Shown here: positions 27,263 through 41,052 of the stretch, one piece after another
How the letters are laid out: each line of letters begins with the position of its first letter
Position numbering within the stretch: position 1 is the stretch's first letter
From: Lingula anatina
Lineage: Eukaryota > Animalia > Brachiopoda
Assembly: GCA_051362555.1 (NCBI GenBank)
Contig: CM120648.1
Span: 5,824,587 to 5,888,586 of the forward strand
Direction of reading: 5' to 3'
Length of the DNA: 64,000 nt
The notes under the pieces: generated by a model
Seen by the model: the letters and a program-made list of their open reading frames with translations, nothing else
Databases searched by the model: none
What the model was told of the DNA's origin: nothing
Made by a program: the position numbers and the translations under genes

Positions 27263-28338
27263 CTGATATAATTGATACAAATTGTAATACATATAGTAAA
27301 TCACACATTAGACCAATACCAGTTAAAACCAAAACCGTTTAGTAATTTTCTACTATCCTGCAGACCCAGATATACTAGTATAATGTATATACTTGATGCC
27401 AAGTTACCAAAGAATAGGTCTGAAAGTTTTGAAGCTCATCTTTATCTTCAGGTATAGCTCAAAGTAACTGTTTTCATAAATCATAGCAGAAGTTGATAAA
27501 TGAATAAGAAAATTAATATAAGTATACCAAAACAGTTAATTCTCAAATGGTCCCATCCTTCCACATATATTAATTGATAACCAACCACAAATGGCTATTC
27601 CACTTTCCTATCTTATTAAGTGCATATCTAATGTTCAGATTTGTTAGATAATACTGAAGCATTTTATTGTTATCAATCACTACGAATTGACTTTCTTCTC
27701 TATTTTCTACATATTAATCGAACCATGCTAGGGTACTGGTAAAGCATTGCAAAGATGACATTCAGACATGTAAAGAGATGACCTTGACCTTGTAAAGGGA
27801 GAGAGAGAGAGAAAATAATGTTGAAACATTGTTTTTTTTAAATCAGGCAAAGGGAAAACATCCAATTTTTAATAGGCATCTCCTCGTGTAATAACTCGAC
27901 ACTACCATCACCTAAATACAACAGAATTTAAGAAAATTTGATCATGCAGAAATAATTACTGAAACCAATAAAAAGCAAGAATGAACGTATTTGCAATAAT
28001 CATGGATCTAAAGAATATCATAGACCAATAAGCAAACAAGTGAGAAGATCAACAAAATTAATATTTTTCTCAAATTTTCAGTTGTTAGAATTCTAAAGGC
28101 AGAACATGCACTCCACACTGTATTTGAGGTCTTAAGTAACATTTCTAGAAAGAAAAAAGAGCTAGGTTGAGCTTCAAGGTAAATGTGACATAAAAATGCT
28201 CACCGCAAATGTAATTCAGTACAACAATAATATAACAATTGTCTTTAAAAATAGGGCAAAGAATCTTGATACATAAAAAACAGCATGTGCATTTTTGAGG
28301 TGAACCAAGTGTCACATTTTAACAGGAAGTGAACCTAA

Positions 28339-28462
28339 GAGTCTGCTCAGACAATGACCATTTTGGACTGGAAATATACATAAACTTTCTCCATTATATT
28401 GTATATATATAACATGAGTTAGGATGATTTCCAGTCCAGTGGTCTCTGTCTGAACAGGCCTC
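28339..28462. mobile_element. Decayed small inverted-repeat element
   Basis: TCAGACAATGACCA..TGGACTGGAAAT versus ATTTCCAGTCCA.TGGTCTCTGTCTGA form imperfect inverted arms. Confidence 0.5.
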
Positions 28463-29208
28463 GTGAATGCATGCAAATAATGCTACAAACTTGTGGAGGA
28501 TCCGCATAATCCAGTTTCTGAGTGGCAAGATTAATTTAGTATTATATTAAGATGTAATTAATGGGAAAATATAAGTGAATCTATATTGTTTAATTATGTC
28601 CATTAATGGATAGCAATAAAGATACTGGTAGCAATAAAGATTTCCATATAAAGTAATAACTATAATATTTACATTTCAAATATTTCATGAGAAATCATTT
28701 GGTTGCCTTACATAGTTACATAAAAAGAGATATATATCTTATGGGCATTATTTCTATAATACTGTTATAAAATAAGTTAGTAATCCTTCTTTAGCTAAAG
28801 ACAATACACAAACATTTGAATAAGCAGTAATTCCTCATAAATTTCAAATATTCTATCATTTCAAGATTTATAACTTTGTTGGATCAGAAGTAAAACATTT
28901 TGCTCTGTACCCAACCCATTACTCTTAATTTTCCTGTCACAGTTTAAGCAATTATATATAGATCATAATTTCGCTGATTGCAAATAATCAATTCCGTTCT
29001 AAAATTAGTGAGAAATTACTTTAATTACAGTTGATAATACCAATTAAAACAACACATTTCACACTGAAATAATAACAGCACTACTAAGTCTTAATTTTTT
29101 AAAAGAAAAACTAATTCTCCAAAAGTACTAAATATTTGGGAGTTTAAACATGACAGTGCTTTAAATCTTAAATTAAGCCAAAATGAACAATATTATATCA
29201 ACATTTAC

Positions 29209-29290
29209 CTCATTATTATGAAACTTCTTCTTCACAACTTTCTTGCGTTTAATTCTCGGCAGGGAACCATATGACTGTTGTGATTGCTCC
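29209..29290 (-). CDS. PLEKHG5: PLEKHG5-like exon: basic segment before the RBD
   Basis: ttccag| and |gtaaa, 82 nt, phase 2->0. EQSQQSYGSLPRIKRKKVVKKKFHNNE; a basic stretch precedes CFTLKFD, as in vertebrate PLEKHG5. Confidence 0.85.
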
Positions 29291-29610
29291 CTGGAAGAAA
29301 GAGAGAAGTTTTGCATTCCAACATAGATCAAAATAGCACTCAAATCTAACAAGTCATTTTGTATGTCCAGCCCTGTAGTCAGCCATTTCAGAATATGTGT
29401 GTGTTTATGTGTGTGTGTGTGTGTGGGGGGGGATGAGGTTACTTTTCTAGGAAAAAAACATTAACCTTTTCACCCACTTAGCTGGACCATCCAGAAAAAT
29501 GACACAGAGCTTAGATGGCATTTGATAAAGCTTTATGACCAAGACACTGGTTACTTTAACCCCACCCACCCACCCAACCACCTTAGTCCACTGCACCTGA
29601 TGTCACCTAC

Positions 29611-29878
29611 CCCACATTTCTACTGTCCAGTGATCCTTTCCTCTCATAACTGATCCTTCCTCCACCTTCATCTTCAATGTCCACTGAGCTCTGACCATTG
29701 GTGCTCCCCTCCTGCAGTTTACTGGTACCAGCAGACACCTGCCTGGCCCCCTGGCCGTTCCTCTGGACACTGGTCACTGGGGTGTCCGGTTCATCCTCCC
29801 CCTCCTCCTCTTCTAGGTAGGTGACTTCCGCGGGCAGAGAGTGACTGGAGAGGTCATGAGGGAACCCCGAGGTGAAAA
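29611..29878 (-). CDS. PLEKHG5: PLEKHG5-like exon: acidic, low-complexity linker
   Basis: ttttctctccag| acceptor and |gtaggt donor, phase 1->2, matching both neighbours. FTSGFPHDLSSHSLPAEVTYLEEEEGEDEPDTP...RKGSLDSRNVG (within ORF 29607..29906). Confidence 0.85.
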
Positions 29879-30210
29879 CTGGAGAGAAAAATAAACGAAG
29901 TGTCATTTAGTTTTTATTACATGTAAATGATGTTATTAAATAATCTTGACTTTGGAGGAAAAGACTGGAGAGAAAAATAAACAAGATATCATATTAATAC
30001 AAACTACATATAAATTATGTTATTATCTGGGAGTCCGGAGAAAAAGACTGGAGAGAAAAATTATCGAAATATCATATTACTTCCAATTACATGTAAATAA
30101 TGTTATTATCTTGGAATTCGAGACAAAAAAATGATATTACACTATTTCAAATTACATGTTTATTATACTTTTACTTGGGAATCTGATGGTAAAGGCTGGA
30201 AACAAAAAAA
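29870..30210. repeat. Diverged ~85-bp tandem repeat overlapping an exon acceptor
   Basis: ACTGGAGAGAAAAAT at 29878, 29964 and 30047, a weaker copy near 30195, and shared TTACATGTAAAT..TGTTATTA. Confidence 0.8.
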
Positions 30211-30404
30211 ATTAAATTCGTCCCAAACTATGTGCTTATGCCAACAAATATTATTTTTCTAAAATGAACATGCAAGCTAATTAGAATTAAATTGAAAGAG
30301 CAGTGGAAACATTTCTATACAAGATAAAAAAATGGATACTTTTCCATCATTCATAAATTTAATTCAGCATGTATAAACTTCATTTAAGCCCTCTTAAATG
30401 TTAC

Positions 30405-30540
30405 CTTTAGCCCTGTGTGGCAAATCGAATCGTAGATGCCCCTCGTGACTCCCAGACTCATGGAGGGTTTTGTCGCACTCTGCACACAGCATCAGCGGCT
30501 TGTGGCCATTTTGTTCCTGACAGTCGCTATGGTGACACAC
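30405..30540 (-). CDS. PLEKHG5: PLEKHG5-like RhoGEF exon: N-terminal Cys/His (putative zinc-binding) motif
   Basis: Flanked by cacag| and |gtaac, 136 nt, phase 0->1. Translates VCHHSDCQEQNGHKPLMLCAECDKTLHESGSHEGHLRFDLPHRAK, closely matching the recalled vertebrate PLEKHG5 N-terminus (VCHHADCQ...LCEACD...GHVRFDLP). Confidence 0.9.
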
Positions 30541-30839
30541 CTGTGAAGATAAGAGCATGACCATAAGACAGTTTCTGATTGAGAGACAAATTTACAGAAA
30601 AAATAGCACCTTAATTTTGCAGTCTCTGAAATTGCACCCTAGTCTAAATACCAGACTTCCACCTTTTTCAAATAAAAAAAAATTGTCACTGGTGTCTCCT
30701 ACGAATGGCATCTTCCACACTTGTAGAGCTACACCTGTTTATGGCTTGTAAAAAGCCAGTTTCATAGTAGGGGTGAGTGGGTGCATAGAGTGCATTCATG
30801 GTACCAAGGCCACTGGGAGGCTTTCTTATGGATACTAGA

Positions 30840-31008
30840 CAGGCCCGCAGCCAGGGGGGGATTCGGGGGGTTCGAAAGAACCGTCCCTTTTGCTGGGAAA
30901 AGGTCCACTCTGGGTAAAATTTGATCCAGGTACATGGAGTTTTTAAGGAAAAAGGTCCACTTTTTCAGAAAAAGAACCCCCCTTTTGAAATTGCTGGCTA
31001 CGGGCCTG
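30840..31008. mobile_element. MITE family A (TIR CAGGCCCGTAGCCAG), 5-bp TSD CTAGA
   Basis: Termini CAGGCCCGCAGCCAG / CTGGCTACGGGCCTG. CTAGA on both flanks. Internal GAACCCC and AAAAGGTCCACT motifs shared with other copies. Confidence 0.9.
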
Positions 31009-32045
31009 CTAGATATTCACAGGCATTTTTCTGCCCAATTCTGTGCATATTTCTATACCTTGAGAGTTTTTACACAGAATATCAGAACTACCATCACCAC
31101 TCTACCAGCCTCTGGTAGATAGAACATTCATGGTATAGATCTTAGGATGAAAAACAGTGCACCAGACTTGTGGTCACATCACTATGGCAACATGACATTC
31201 AATGGTTGCATATGGACACAGCGGTGGTATTGTATTTATAGTCATTTACACAAGGTTGTCAGGTAGGGTCTCAATTCACTCCAATTCCAGAAAAACAAAA
31301 TTTCAGTTTTAAATTATCAGACTTGAAAACTGTCTTGAAAAAAAAAAAAAAAACAGCAATCCCTTTTGATCTTTTTGCATCAGAAAAAAAACGCTGCTGT
31401 GCATGATAGCATGAACCTTGATATTAGCAGTCATAACAAAGTCAACATTAATTCTTATTGGAGAAAGCAAACTATCAACCAAGGTCCTCATGTTACACCT
31501 GTATTCTTCACATTATTCAAACATAAAAATGTATGCACAAAATATAATTTCTATTCCATCAAGGCAGACAAATAAGGGTTATGAAGTATTCATGTTTTTA
31601 AGCAATTTTTATACCAACAGCTTTCATCTACTGATAATGCATAAACACAGAACCTTTCCACGAGATTTGTACAATTTTGCATTATTCAGTATCTTTATTA
31701 TTTCTTATTTAGGAAGAGGAACACCTAAGAAGGAGCTGTTGAAAACCACAGATTCTATTAAAACATTTATGTTGCAATCCTCTCTTCTGAACAGTGGACT
31801 AACTATTCCGCAGTTCAAATATGGCGACACACTAAAAAGCTTGCTGTCTAATCCACTAACAGACACTGAAAAATAATTAACTGAAAATGTTAAATATCTT
31901 GGACCAGTAGTTCTAAGTCATGTTTCATCTTAATGATTGTTTTGCAGCAGGCCTGACATTTTGGGTGGACACCTTTAATATTTTTTTGGTTTAAGGCTCA
32001 GTTTGATGCTGAAACCATCGTGAAGGCAAGCAGCTAGTAACTCAC

Positions 32046-32158
32046 CACACTATACACATGGACTACAGGTGCTTCATCCGGGGACTGGTCACTACTACTA
32101 CTGGACAGGTCCACTTCTTTGACCACCACTAACTGATGGTCATCCTCCATGTTCACTT
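32046..32158 (-). CDS. Candidate upstream exon of the PLEKHG5-like gene (internal phase 1->0, or first exon starting at its own ATG)
   Basis: Strong donor GTG|GTGAGT in phase 0, fitting the 30540 exon. Open frame (E)VNMEDDHQLVVVKEVDLSSSSSDQSPDEAPVVHVYSV. The acceptor tatttag| has a weak pyrimidine tract. Confidence 0.6.
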
Positions 32159-35100
32159 CTAAATACTTCTTTACTTATAAGTCACTTGTTTATCAATTTG
32201 CAGTAAAATTTTAAAGATTCTACTATGTGAGTTTACTAAGTGACAGATGATGTTGGGGGGCAGTGGGGGGGGGGATCATCTGTTACACTTGGACATGATG
32301 ATCAATCAGAGACACAAAAAATATTACAAGCAGCCAATCTGTCTGATGTCTTCATCAATAACACAGAGATCTACCCAGTATATATAACAGTCAATTTGAT
32401 ATCCAAAAATAAATGTTCAATCCTTCACCATCTCAGAGTTTCTCAGAGTGACAATCAATGTATGTGTAACATTTAGTCACTTTGTGATGGGAAGGTATGT
32501 ACTGTAGGCAAGGGTATATCAAACAACAGGTCCTTCCTCACTATATAGGAACTCAGGTATGTCAATCTCTTCCGACTGTGTTTATAATCACTGCTGTGGA
32601 ATCTGTGTCAATATTACACAAACCACAATAATGTCCCAGGTACACAATACACAGGTGCCTCTGGTAGAGCTATAGTGTGGTAGATACTGAGTACTACTTC
32701 CACTGGTGTGAGACTGGGGAAATATGATGTTTTTGTGACTGTGAACAACATTGAGCATCTTTTTTATAATTACTTCATCTTTCCACTCTGATGCCTGTCC
32801 TTTCAAGGTCTCATAAGGACTTCCGTACTCAGTCTGTCACTAACACTTTACAGGGCAGGTGGGTAACCTATATATATGTTGAATCCCTCATCAACTAGCT
32901 CACTCCAGGATATTTCTGCTCTTACAGGTGCTTCGATGTTACACCCTACCACCTCCACCTGGTGGTCATGTTCTAAACCTCTGACATTACGATGTAAGGA
33001 TCCTGGTATAAAAAACTAGGTACTTTTACAGGCCTCCTCGCCAAGAATATATCCAGTTCTTTCCTTTCAAATTAATACTACAACTGAGTCCATCTAGACA
33101 CCTGTAGGCCTTGGGGTCCGAGAGAAAAAAATTCAGTTCAGCCCACTGTGTTAAAAGATGCACAATACAAATAGTGCAGCTAATGTCTCCACAGTGTACA
33201 TCAATATCGCATTTGGGAGGTACACTCCATGCATAAGAATGAACAAACAGGTATGCCAGCACCCGTAGACTCTGTATACACTCTCACAGAGCAGATACTA
33301 AAATATTCTGTGCCACATTCCACTGCATTCACCTCAATACAGAAGTCACCTGTCTGTTGACAATACTGTTTCCCTGTCAAAGTCATTAAATGAACCTATT
33401 GGTGACAAGGACACCCCCAGACCCCCGTGTGCCACTTTTTGCTGGGTGACACCTTTTTGTTATGCCATGACCCAGATGATGTCTTTGTCTCCAGGGCTGG
33501 GTGACAATTTTGTTATGTGACACTCTTCTTCACTAAGACCTTAGTGACAATTGTGAATGACCCGAAAGTTATGTTATGGGAAAGTTTCAAATTTCTTAAG
33601 TAACAGAGAGAGAGAGAGAGTGAAGCCAGTGCATTCTTTCGGCATTCCAAATTATCTTACTTTTTGGCTTCTGTTGACAGCATTGCTAGTAATTGTGAAT
33701 GTTGATGAAAATCATCAAACAAGCCTAAAACAAAACTGTCAGCACTTCCTGATAGGGTATGAGAATAGAAAACATGCAACGATCTGCTTGAGGTGTGTCA
33801 AACCTTTTCTTTAAGCAACAAGGGTGGAAATCTATGCAGCGGGAATATCATCTAAATTAGCAATACAAAAGTAGCATTCAATACACTGCTGTGCAATAGA
33901 CTATAATTCAGAATCTACAGAGCTTGTAAAAGAAAATTTTCTGTGGCTAAATTCTGTTAGAGTTTTATTCCTTGGTGCATTCCAGTTGCTAGTCTGCCAT
34001 TATCTCTGACCCCACTCTTCTCCAAACCCTGCAAAATCTCACTTAATGTTATGCTCGGCGCCAGACTTTGGCCAATGTCGGATGGATTCTATTGTGAATG
34101 TTTAAATTCCGAGTGCCACGGAGCTGATCAAATACGCTCATGGAATCAGGTGCACAGTCTACTGGTACTTTGATATAATCACATCTATATTGTCTTTACA
34201 AGTGAAAATATTTCTTGTTCTCAATATTTTTTTTCAACAACAAGAAACATTTAACTTTCTAAAATTCAATGAAATGTTTCACTTTTTTCTCTCATCATAC
34301 ATAATGCATTACTCAAGCAAACTCAGTACAGATTCTGTTTCACAATCTTTCTCTCTGATTGTGAGACTTATCAACTAAACAAAAACATTTTTTCTCAATG
34401 ACAAACAAAAACTGTAGATAAAGACAGATAATTTAACCTGACAGTAATTGAAACCACCATGTTTGTTACTGGTAACATTTTGGTTACTACACCCACACAA
34501 GTATAGAAATAACTACTCTAACCACACGAATCCTGGTCACCCTGTAGTAATGAGCTTGTATTACAACCACTACTGAACATTACAGTAATGGTATCCCATC
34601 TGAGATATGACAGATAAAACATTTTATACGTGTATGCACTTTCAACTTTTAAATGACTCATGAATCATTTCAACTTCCATATTTCTCTGGCATTTCAAAA
34701 GGAAGTATCAACATAGAGTGAGGGGTTCAATCATTTTAAAGGTCTAAATTGGGAAAGCTCTTCAGGATATTTAGGCATAAAAATATGACTTTAAGGTATT
34801 TTCAAAGATGAGCAGGATACCTCTGAAGAAATACATGTATATCCTTTACCTTGTTGCGGTAGAAAATCTATAAATGAATTGAACTAATATTACACTCAAG
34901 CAAGTTATAAATACTATGTCATTAAAATAAAATATTTAGCACCCTTTATTTCCTACTCATTTTCCGAAATGCTCTAGTACGTGAGGGAGGTGTGTTCATT
35001 AGAGGGGGGATCCAAAGAAATCACCTGGAAAAGGTTTATCCTGAATAAAAAAAAAAATGAATGCTATTTCTCAAGCTGCATCAAATAAGGAGATAAAATT

Positions 35101-35783
35101 ATTCACTTTTTCAAAAACAAAAAATCTCAATCCAATCACAATGCATGGAACTGACCAAGTTAGTTAGTATCTGAACCACAAATATGAGATTCAGTTCCCC
35201 CCTTCCTTCTAAATCTAATAACTCATCACATACACCTTGTCATGTGACGTCAGATTTCTATTGTGTCTCTCAGGTACACTGTCACATTAAATTGCTGTGG
35301 AATTTTAACTCTTGAAGTCTACATGCACCCACGCCCCCTGCCTCAGGATATAGAGCATATTGTACTGTGTGAGCAGAGAGATATATATTTGAAAATATGT
35401 ACATTACCAAAGACATTTTTTTAAGTTCAAAAGATTAAAATTCTGTACATCTTGGTGCATCTCAGACCTTTTTAAATCAATTACCAAATGTACCACTACA
35501 GTATAAGCAGTGGATCTCAACAACCACACCCCCACCCAATGCGTAACCAGACATAACTGAGAGGAGACAGCTCACTTGTGACAATTAATCAAGAAGCAAA
35601 GTTACTGACCATGCAGTCTTATAGCCAGCAAAATCCAAAGTTTTTTTTTCAAAAAATTTACACATTTTCGGTAAATTTTCATCCTTAGTTGACCCATCTT
35701 GAGAAATGGTATTTAAATAAATGTACATCAAATGCAGCTCCCCCCTCCCCCCAAATCCCAGAGCTAATGTTTTCTAGACAAAA

Positions 35784-35802
35784 AATAATAATAATAATGA
35801 CA

Positions 35803-35836
<34 letters not shown>

Positions 35837-35871
35837 CCCCCTCCCTCCCCCCCCCCCCCCCCCCCCCCCCC
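35784..35871. repeat. (AAT)n followed by poly-C
   Basis: Directly visible. Confidence 0.95.
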
Positions 35872-36311
35872 GGCCCCATGGACTTGGTCTGTTTACAATG
35901 GAGACATATTTGCCAGAGAAGCTTTCACCTGTAATCGAACACCTGATAAAAAATCTGACCCTTTCTCTCACCTGGTCTAGCCCAACCCCCCCCCCCCCCC
36001 CCCCCATCCAATGCTCCATCTCCCCTTAAACAACACATTGCCTCACACCACCAGGTTAGGCTCCAGTTAGTTCAGGGTATGCTGTGATATGATTCAATAA
36101 CCATATTTCATTGTCATTAGATTATAATTATATCACGTGGTGTGAAATGTTATCAAAGGAAGTGCCGCACTGATGTAAATCCTAAATCCGGCAGGGGAAA
36201 GAGGAAATGGTTGATCTGCTCCCCCCCCCTCCCCACTGCACCCTTCTATAATGTAACTGCAATATTGTGACATTTTGAAAATCATTGACACATAAAAACA
36301 GACCTACTTAC

Positions 36312-36569
36312 CATGCATTTGTTATTTGTAACATCTTCCTGATTGCTGTCATTGTTAATGTAATGTAACTCAGACTCACTAACGTCATCCTCAGAATCTG
36401 ACTTTACAAGAGGAGATAAAAAGTTTTCAATATGCTTAAACTTCACCAGTCTTACGGGGTCGTCATCCTCTGAGTTTGAAGTGTAATCCTCTCTCGTTCG
36501 TGTGATTGAGTGGTACGAGTGGCGGCGGTACATCTTGGGCGAGACCCGCAGGTGTTTCATTTTTGACAT
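36312..36569 (-). CDS. Candidate alternative first coding exon of the PLEKHG5-like gene
   Basis: 86 codons, MSKMKHLRVSPKMYRRHSYHSITRTREDYTSNSEDDDP...NNKCM, ending at ATG|GTAAGT (phase 0). Locally CpG-rich. Confidence 0.65.
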
Positions 36570-39500
36570 TGCAATCTGTATTTGTCTGCTCACTTGTTAT
36601 CCAGTTTATGTTTTCTATACTTTGTGTAAATCATAAGGTAAATGCCTTTGAACTCCTGAATGATATTCAACTTAAAAGATCACCTGAGTCATTACTGATA
36701 ATGTATCACAGAAATATCCGCCTTTATTTTTAATAAACCCTACAATATCCAACCTCTCTCGTTAGTATCTAAATATTGAGTCTCAATCCTTTCTCCTTTT
36801 TCAATCAAATCCATTTGAAACTGACAAAATCTCCTTGAATCCCTGGGTGGTGATTATGAAAATCCTTAGGTGATATATCTTCAAAACCATGGAACATCAG
36901 AGAAAATCTTCCTACATATATATATATTCAAAGATCACAATCTCCTGATAACACACTCAATATCATAGAACATCAAAGGCAAATCTTCTTACACCACCTT
37001 GCTCAGAAAAATCCTTGGATCTCCCTCTCTGAAAATCACTGGTATTTTCCCTCCACTTGCCAACTATGTCCTTCACCACCGCCCTATGCGGTGAAGGCTA
37101 TATATATGGCTTCCAAGAGAAATGACTGAGACAAGTACCCTCATAATACACCGCTGTATACTGCTGCATACATTCTAGGCTTGATGCTTGACATCTAAGA
37201 CAGGCGATCCTATTGCACTAACCACACTTTATATAAACACTATCAGCCATTCAGTGAGGAGTACACATTCCCAGATGTAATGCTTTCTGGAGAAACAATA
37301 GAAATTAATAGTCTAATCCAGCGCAAAACGACAGACAACTGTCTAGACAACAGAAGTCATAGAAGCAGCGAACTGTGTGAGAAATTATGGTCATCTCTTT
37401 TCCTGGAAATTGCTTGCAAAATTTCTGCCAAGACTATCTGGATTGTAATCAAGCTTTGCTGAGAAATAATCTGGTCACCACTGTCCAATTAAGGTAACGG
37501 CCAGCCAGAATGTCCAGTGCAGTTGACCAACTGGCCAAAGTTCCCAGGGGGATGACTTCTTGGAAATTTTGGGCTCCCAAGATTTAGAAATTAACCAAAT
37601 GTTTGCTAAGCACAGCCAGGACCAGCAGATTGTCCACCTTTCTGAGAAAACTGACCACACCAAAATTAATGACCAACTGACCTCACTCAAGGTCCATCTA
37701 GTTGACAGCCTGACCACTCAAGCTGACGGCCCCAGCTGTGACCATAACAATGTCAGTACAAATGTACACCGCAGTTCCATACACGAAGTTATCACACATT
37801 CAGTGCAGTACATTCACCTAGTACAGTGTAAAATTCACATGTGGTTAAAAATCTTCCTTGAGGCACTTAAACTTTTTCTATGTGTTTTTGCTTTGTAGTT
37901 TAAATGACAAGTGATCTATTCACATACTGAACACCAGTGCCCTGTAAGCATAGAAAAAATGTAACAGGTATCCTTGTACTTTTACTTTTCTGATTGACTG
38001 CAATATCTTTCAGTGTGTGCTTCCAGTGTCAAACATAAATGTCCACAGGTAAAGAAAACTTATCTTCACAAATGGATAACTAATAACAATATCCTTAATA
38101 CTGTACACAAAATCCAGTTTCAGATGAATCCCGATCTAATTGTCCACACGATCATTCCACTTTTCAATATAAGCATCAGCTGCCCACGATTATATGGGGG
38201 TGTGCCCTTAACCTAGTAAGTCAGGAATGATGGTGGAGTTTAAATTCCCACACATTTCACTGGTCCTGTGTGTCGCTGTATCAGTCAAGTGTGACAAACA
38301 AGCATGCACACTGTTTACATCACAACTTAATTTGTTTACTGTTTGGCCATACTCGTGTCCATCACATGTCCACACCCTGTGTCCACTGTGTTTGACTAGT
38401 TGTCACTGGTCACCTGTGTGAGGACATATCAAACACTTTTCTTTGCTAAGTCCGGGTTATTAAATCCTTGTTAACTGGTCACCCAGTGTTCCGGTATAGA
38501 TGAGTCTTTAACTGAACAGAATTATGTGAAGAGAGAAGAATTATTCAAAAATCCCACTTTCTCTCTCTTCACTAGGATGTAGTATATCCAGAGGTCACTC
38601 TTAAGCAACCAATGTCCACCTGATCAAGGATACTTGCTGTACTGACAGGTTATAAAAGTCATCAGCTACCACTACGTATGTTATCCTACTTGTCACCGGT
38701 AGCAAACAGAATGTCAATACAAATATCCCAGAGTCTCTAATATTTTAGTCTATTCTCTCTATAAACCTGTCAGCATCATCAAATAAATCAGTCCTATGTG
38801 AAGTCACCAGACCTTATCCTGTTAGACAAATGAAAAAGATTCCCTAAAAAATCATCAGCTTCCTCTCTATAGGTCCATCAGTCCTAAGAAGTAGTCTGAA
38901 GTCTGTGAAATTGACATCTCACCTCTCTGCCTATTAATAACCATAACTCACAGCTTCCTCAAAAGGGAAGGAAGTCCCAATGCCCTCTCTCCTAGCCTCT
39001 CCAATAGCTGTCACTCAGTAACCACAAGTCTATATGCCACCAAGGGGGTGTGGCATGTAAGACCAGCACAACAGGACATCAATGTCAGTTCAAAAATTTG
39101 GACTGAATTCCAAAAGACTGGTGCCCCTAATTACCTCTGATGGGTTGGGTGAAAGGACATTCAGTCAATGGTTAATTTTACATGGGTCACTGAACTTCAT
39201 CAATGGTGAAGATCTGCTGTAAGATTTAACTGTATGGCTTCTTTCAATTTTTCCTGCTGTGGAAGACTTTCAGATGTGAACTCAAACAACTAAAAGCAGG
39301 GTTATTTACAAGGTATCAGCTGGAGTGATCTACACCATTTTTTTTCCTTTGAAAGGTTCTGATTACTGATAAAATTAATGTAAGAGATTCCAGAGATAAT
39401 GGAGAACTGACAGCCTGACTTCAGTTTACAGAGTTTTACCTGAGGAATTAAGGTCTGGTGATAATTTTGAAGTGGCGTGACCTTTGGTGTCAAGCTTCAA

Positions 39501-40803
39501 ATGTATAAGCTCCAGTAGGAAAATCTAATTTCAAATCAACCTTTAACTGGACCAATCAAAACTTTCATTCTGATATGGCAGAGAACTGCTAAGTGTCATC
39601 AGGTGTGGAATAATGGAAGAAATCCCCTCATACAACAGACAAGTTAATTCTGCCCTGGTGAAGGTGATTGACAGATCCCAGTCTTCTCTCCCAGCCAGAG
39701 ATTTTCACCAAGAACTGTCTGGTTTAACAACACACCTCCATAAATTCTGATCCAGTTTTGACGGTTGACGCAATTACACACAGTTGTCAGTAATAATTAA
39801 AACAGTAGGAGCTGTTTGCAATACAAGTGTTTGATAATCCACATGTTGACAGAGCAAGGTAAATCCTCCCTACTTATTGTCCTATTTTGAAGTCAGTCTG
39901 ATAAGTTACATGTAATCCTGTATTAAATAATATATGCTTCACTATATTGATAGAACAGGCATAACAAAACCATCATACAGCAGCAGGCCTGAATTCTATT
40001 AATTAAAAATAGCAAAGATGAAGCAAATAAATTTCTCAACCTTTCCATAGAGCAGCAGTCCCTCCTTGAATTATCTCTCTGGTTCGGTCTTCAAATTGCC
40101 ATATTTTTTCTTTTAATGGTATTTCAAGTAATTACAGATGAGTATAAACAGCTGCTGATATTATATAGTTTAAGAACACCTGGTGTAGATATTTACTGTA
40201 ATAATGTCTTCCAGCACATTACATGGAGCGAGTTAGCAACACCATCTCCTAAAACACACATACCAGTAACTCTGATTGAAATGTCACCTATTTTTGCAAA
40301 ATCAATTTTTTTGTCTCAACATGTTTATCTGCTTGCATTCAAGGAGTCCCCCTAAAGATGGTGGGCAGAAGCTGGGTCAATAAATTCATTGTGAATTTGC
40401 CCATAGACATTGACAGTATGACAAAAATGCTTCATTAGCAACCAGAGCCCAGTAACTCTTTAAAAAATAAAAATTAGCTGAAACTATATGCATTCGTGTG
40501 GCCCCAGCCTCAGTTATTTTATGCATAACCTTTAGTCTAAAACACAACATTCTTCATGGTGCTATTTATTTTCCAGACAACATCATAATTAATGAAAAGG
40601 TTTGTCACAAATACAATAAATCATGCACCTGACACAGCACAATTCTCAAGGTTCATATTCATCAGCTTCTATTGAATTTTTTAAATTATTACACAGCTGG
40701 CATGTTTATAGTTATTTGAGGCTATAAAAAATAAGAGCATGGGTATTTACTGGTTGTTATGGAAATAATGCCGCAAAGAAACAAGTAGCTGACAATTACG
40801 GTA

Positions 40804-41052
40804 TGGTAATGACTCAATCTTTTCAATTGGGATAAATTATCAATCTTTCAAATACATAACTTTGGAATCATTAAAAATTAGATATCTATGTAGTATCTGT
40901 AGTGCTTACTGGATAAAATAGAACTACAGGGAAGCCTGCTTGTCAATTTTGCTACCACTAAATTATAATGTTCCAAATTTAAGAATTTATGACTAAAAAA
41001 ATACAGTTTCTCTAATATTCACAACTTTCCTCAATGAAAAGTTCCATTACCA
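40804..41052. mobile_element. MITE family D, second copy
   Basis: Aligns along its length with 12888-13143 (ATAGAACT, TCAATTTTG, TTATGACT..AAAATACAGT, ATTCACAA). Confidence 0.72.

Noticed and set aside
31418-31876. Longest ORF in the track (152 aa, plus strand)
   Set aside because: AT-rich intronic composition, no recognisable domain, no splice context, and antisense to the host gene.
35685-36019. Poly-Gly/Tyr/Ile ORFs (also the poly-Pro/Gly ORFs near 59849-60181)
   Set aside because: Translations of homopolymer and (AAT)n tracts.
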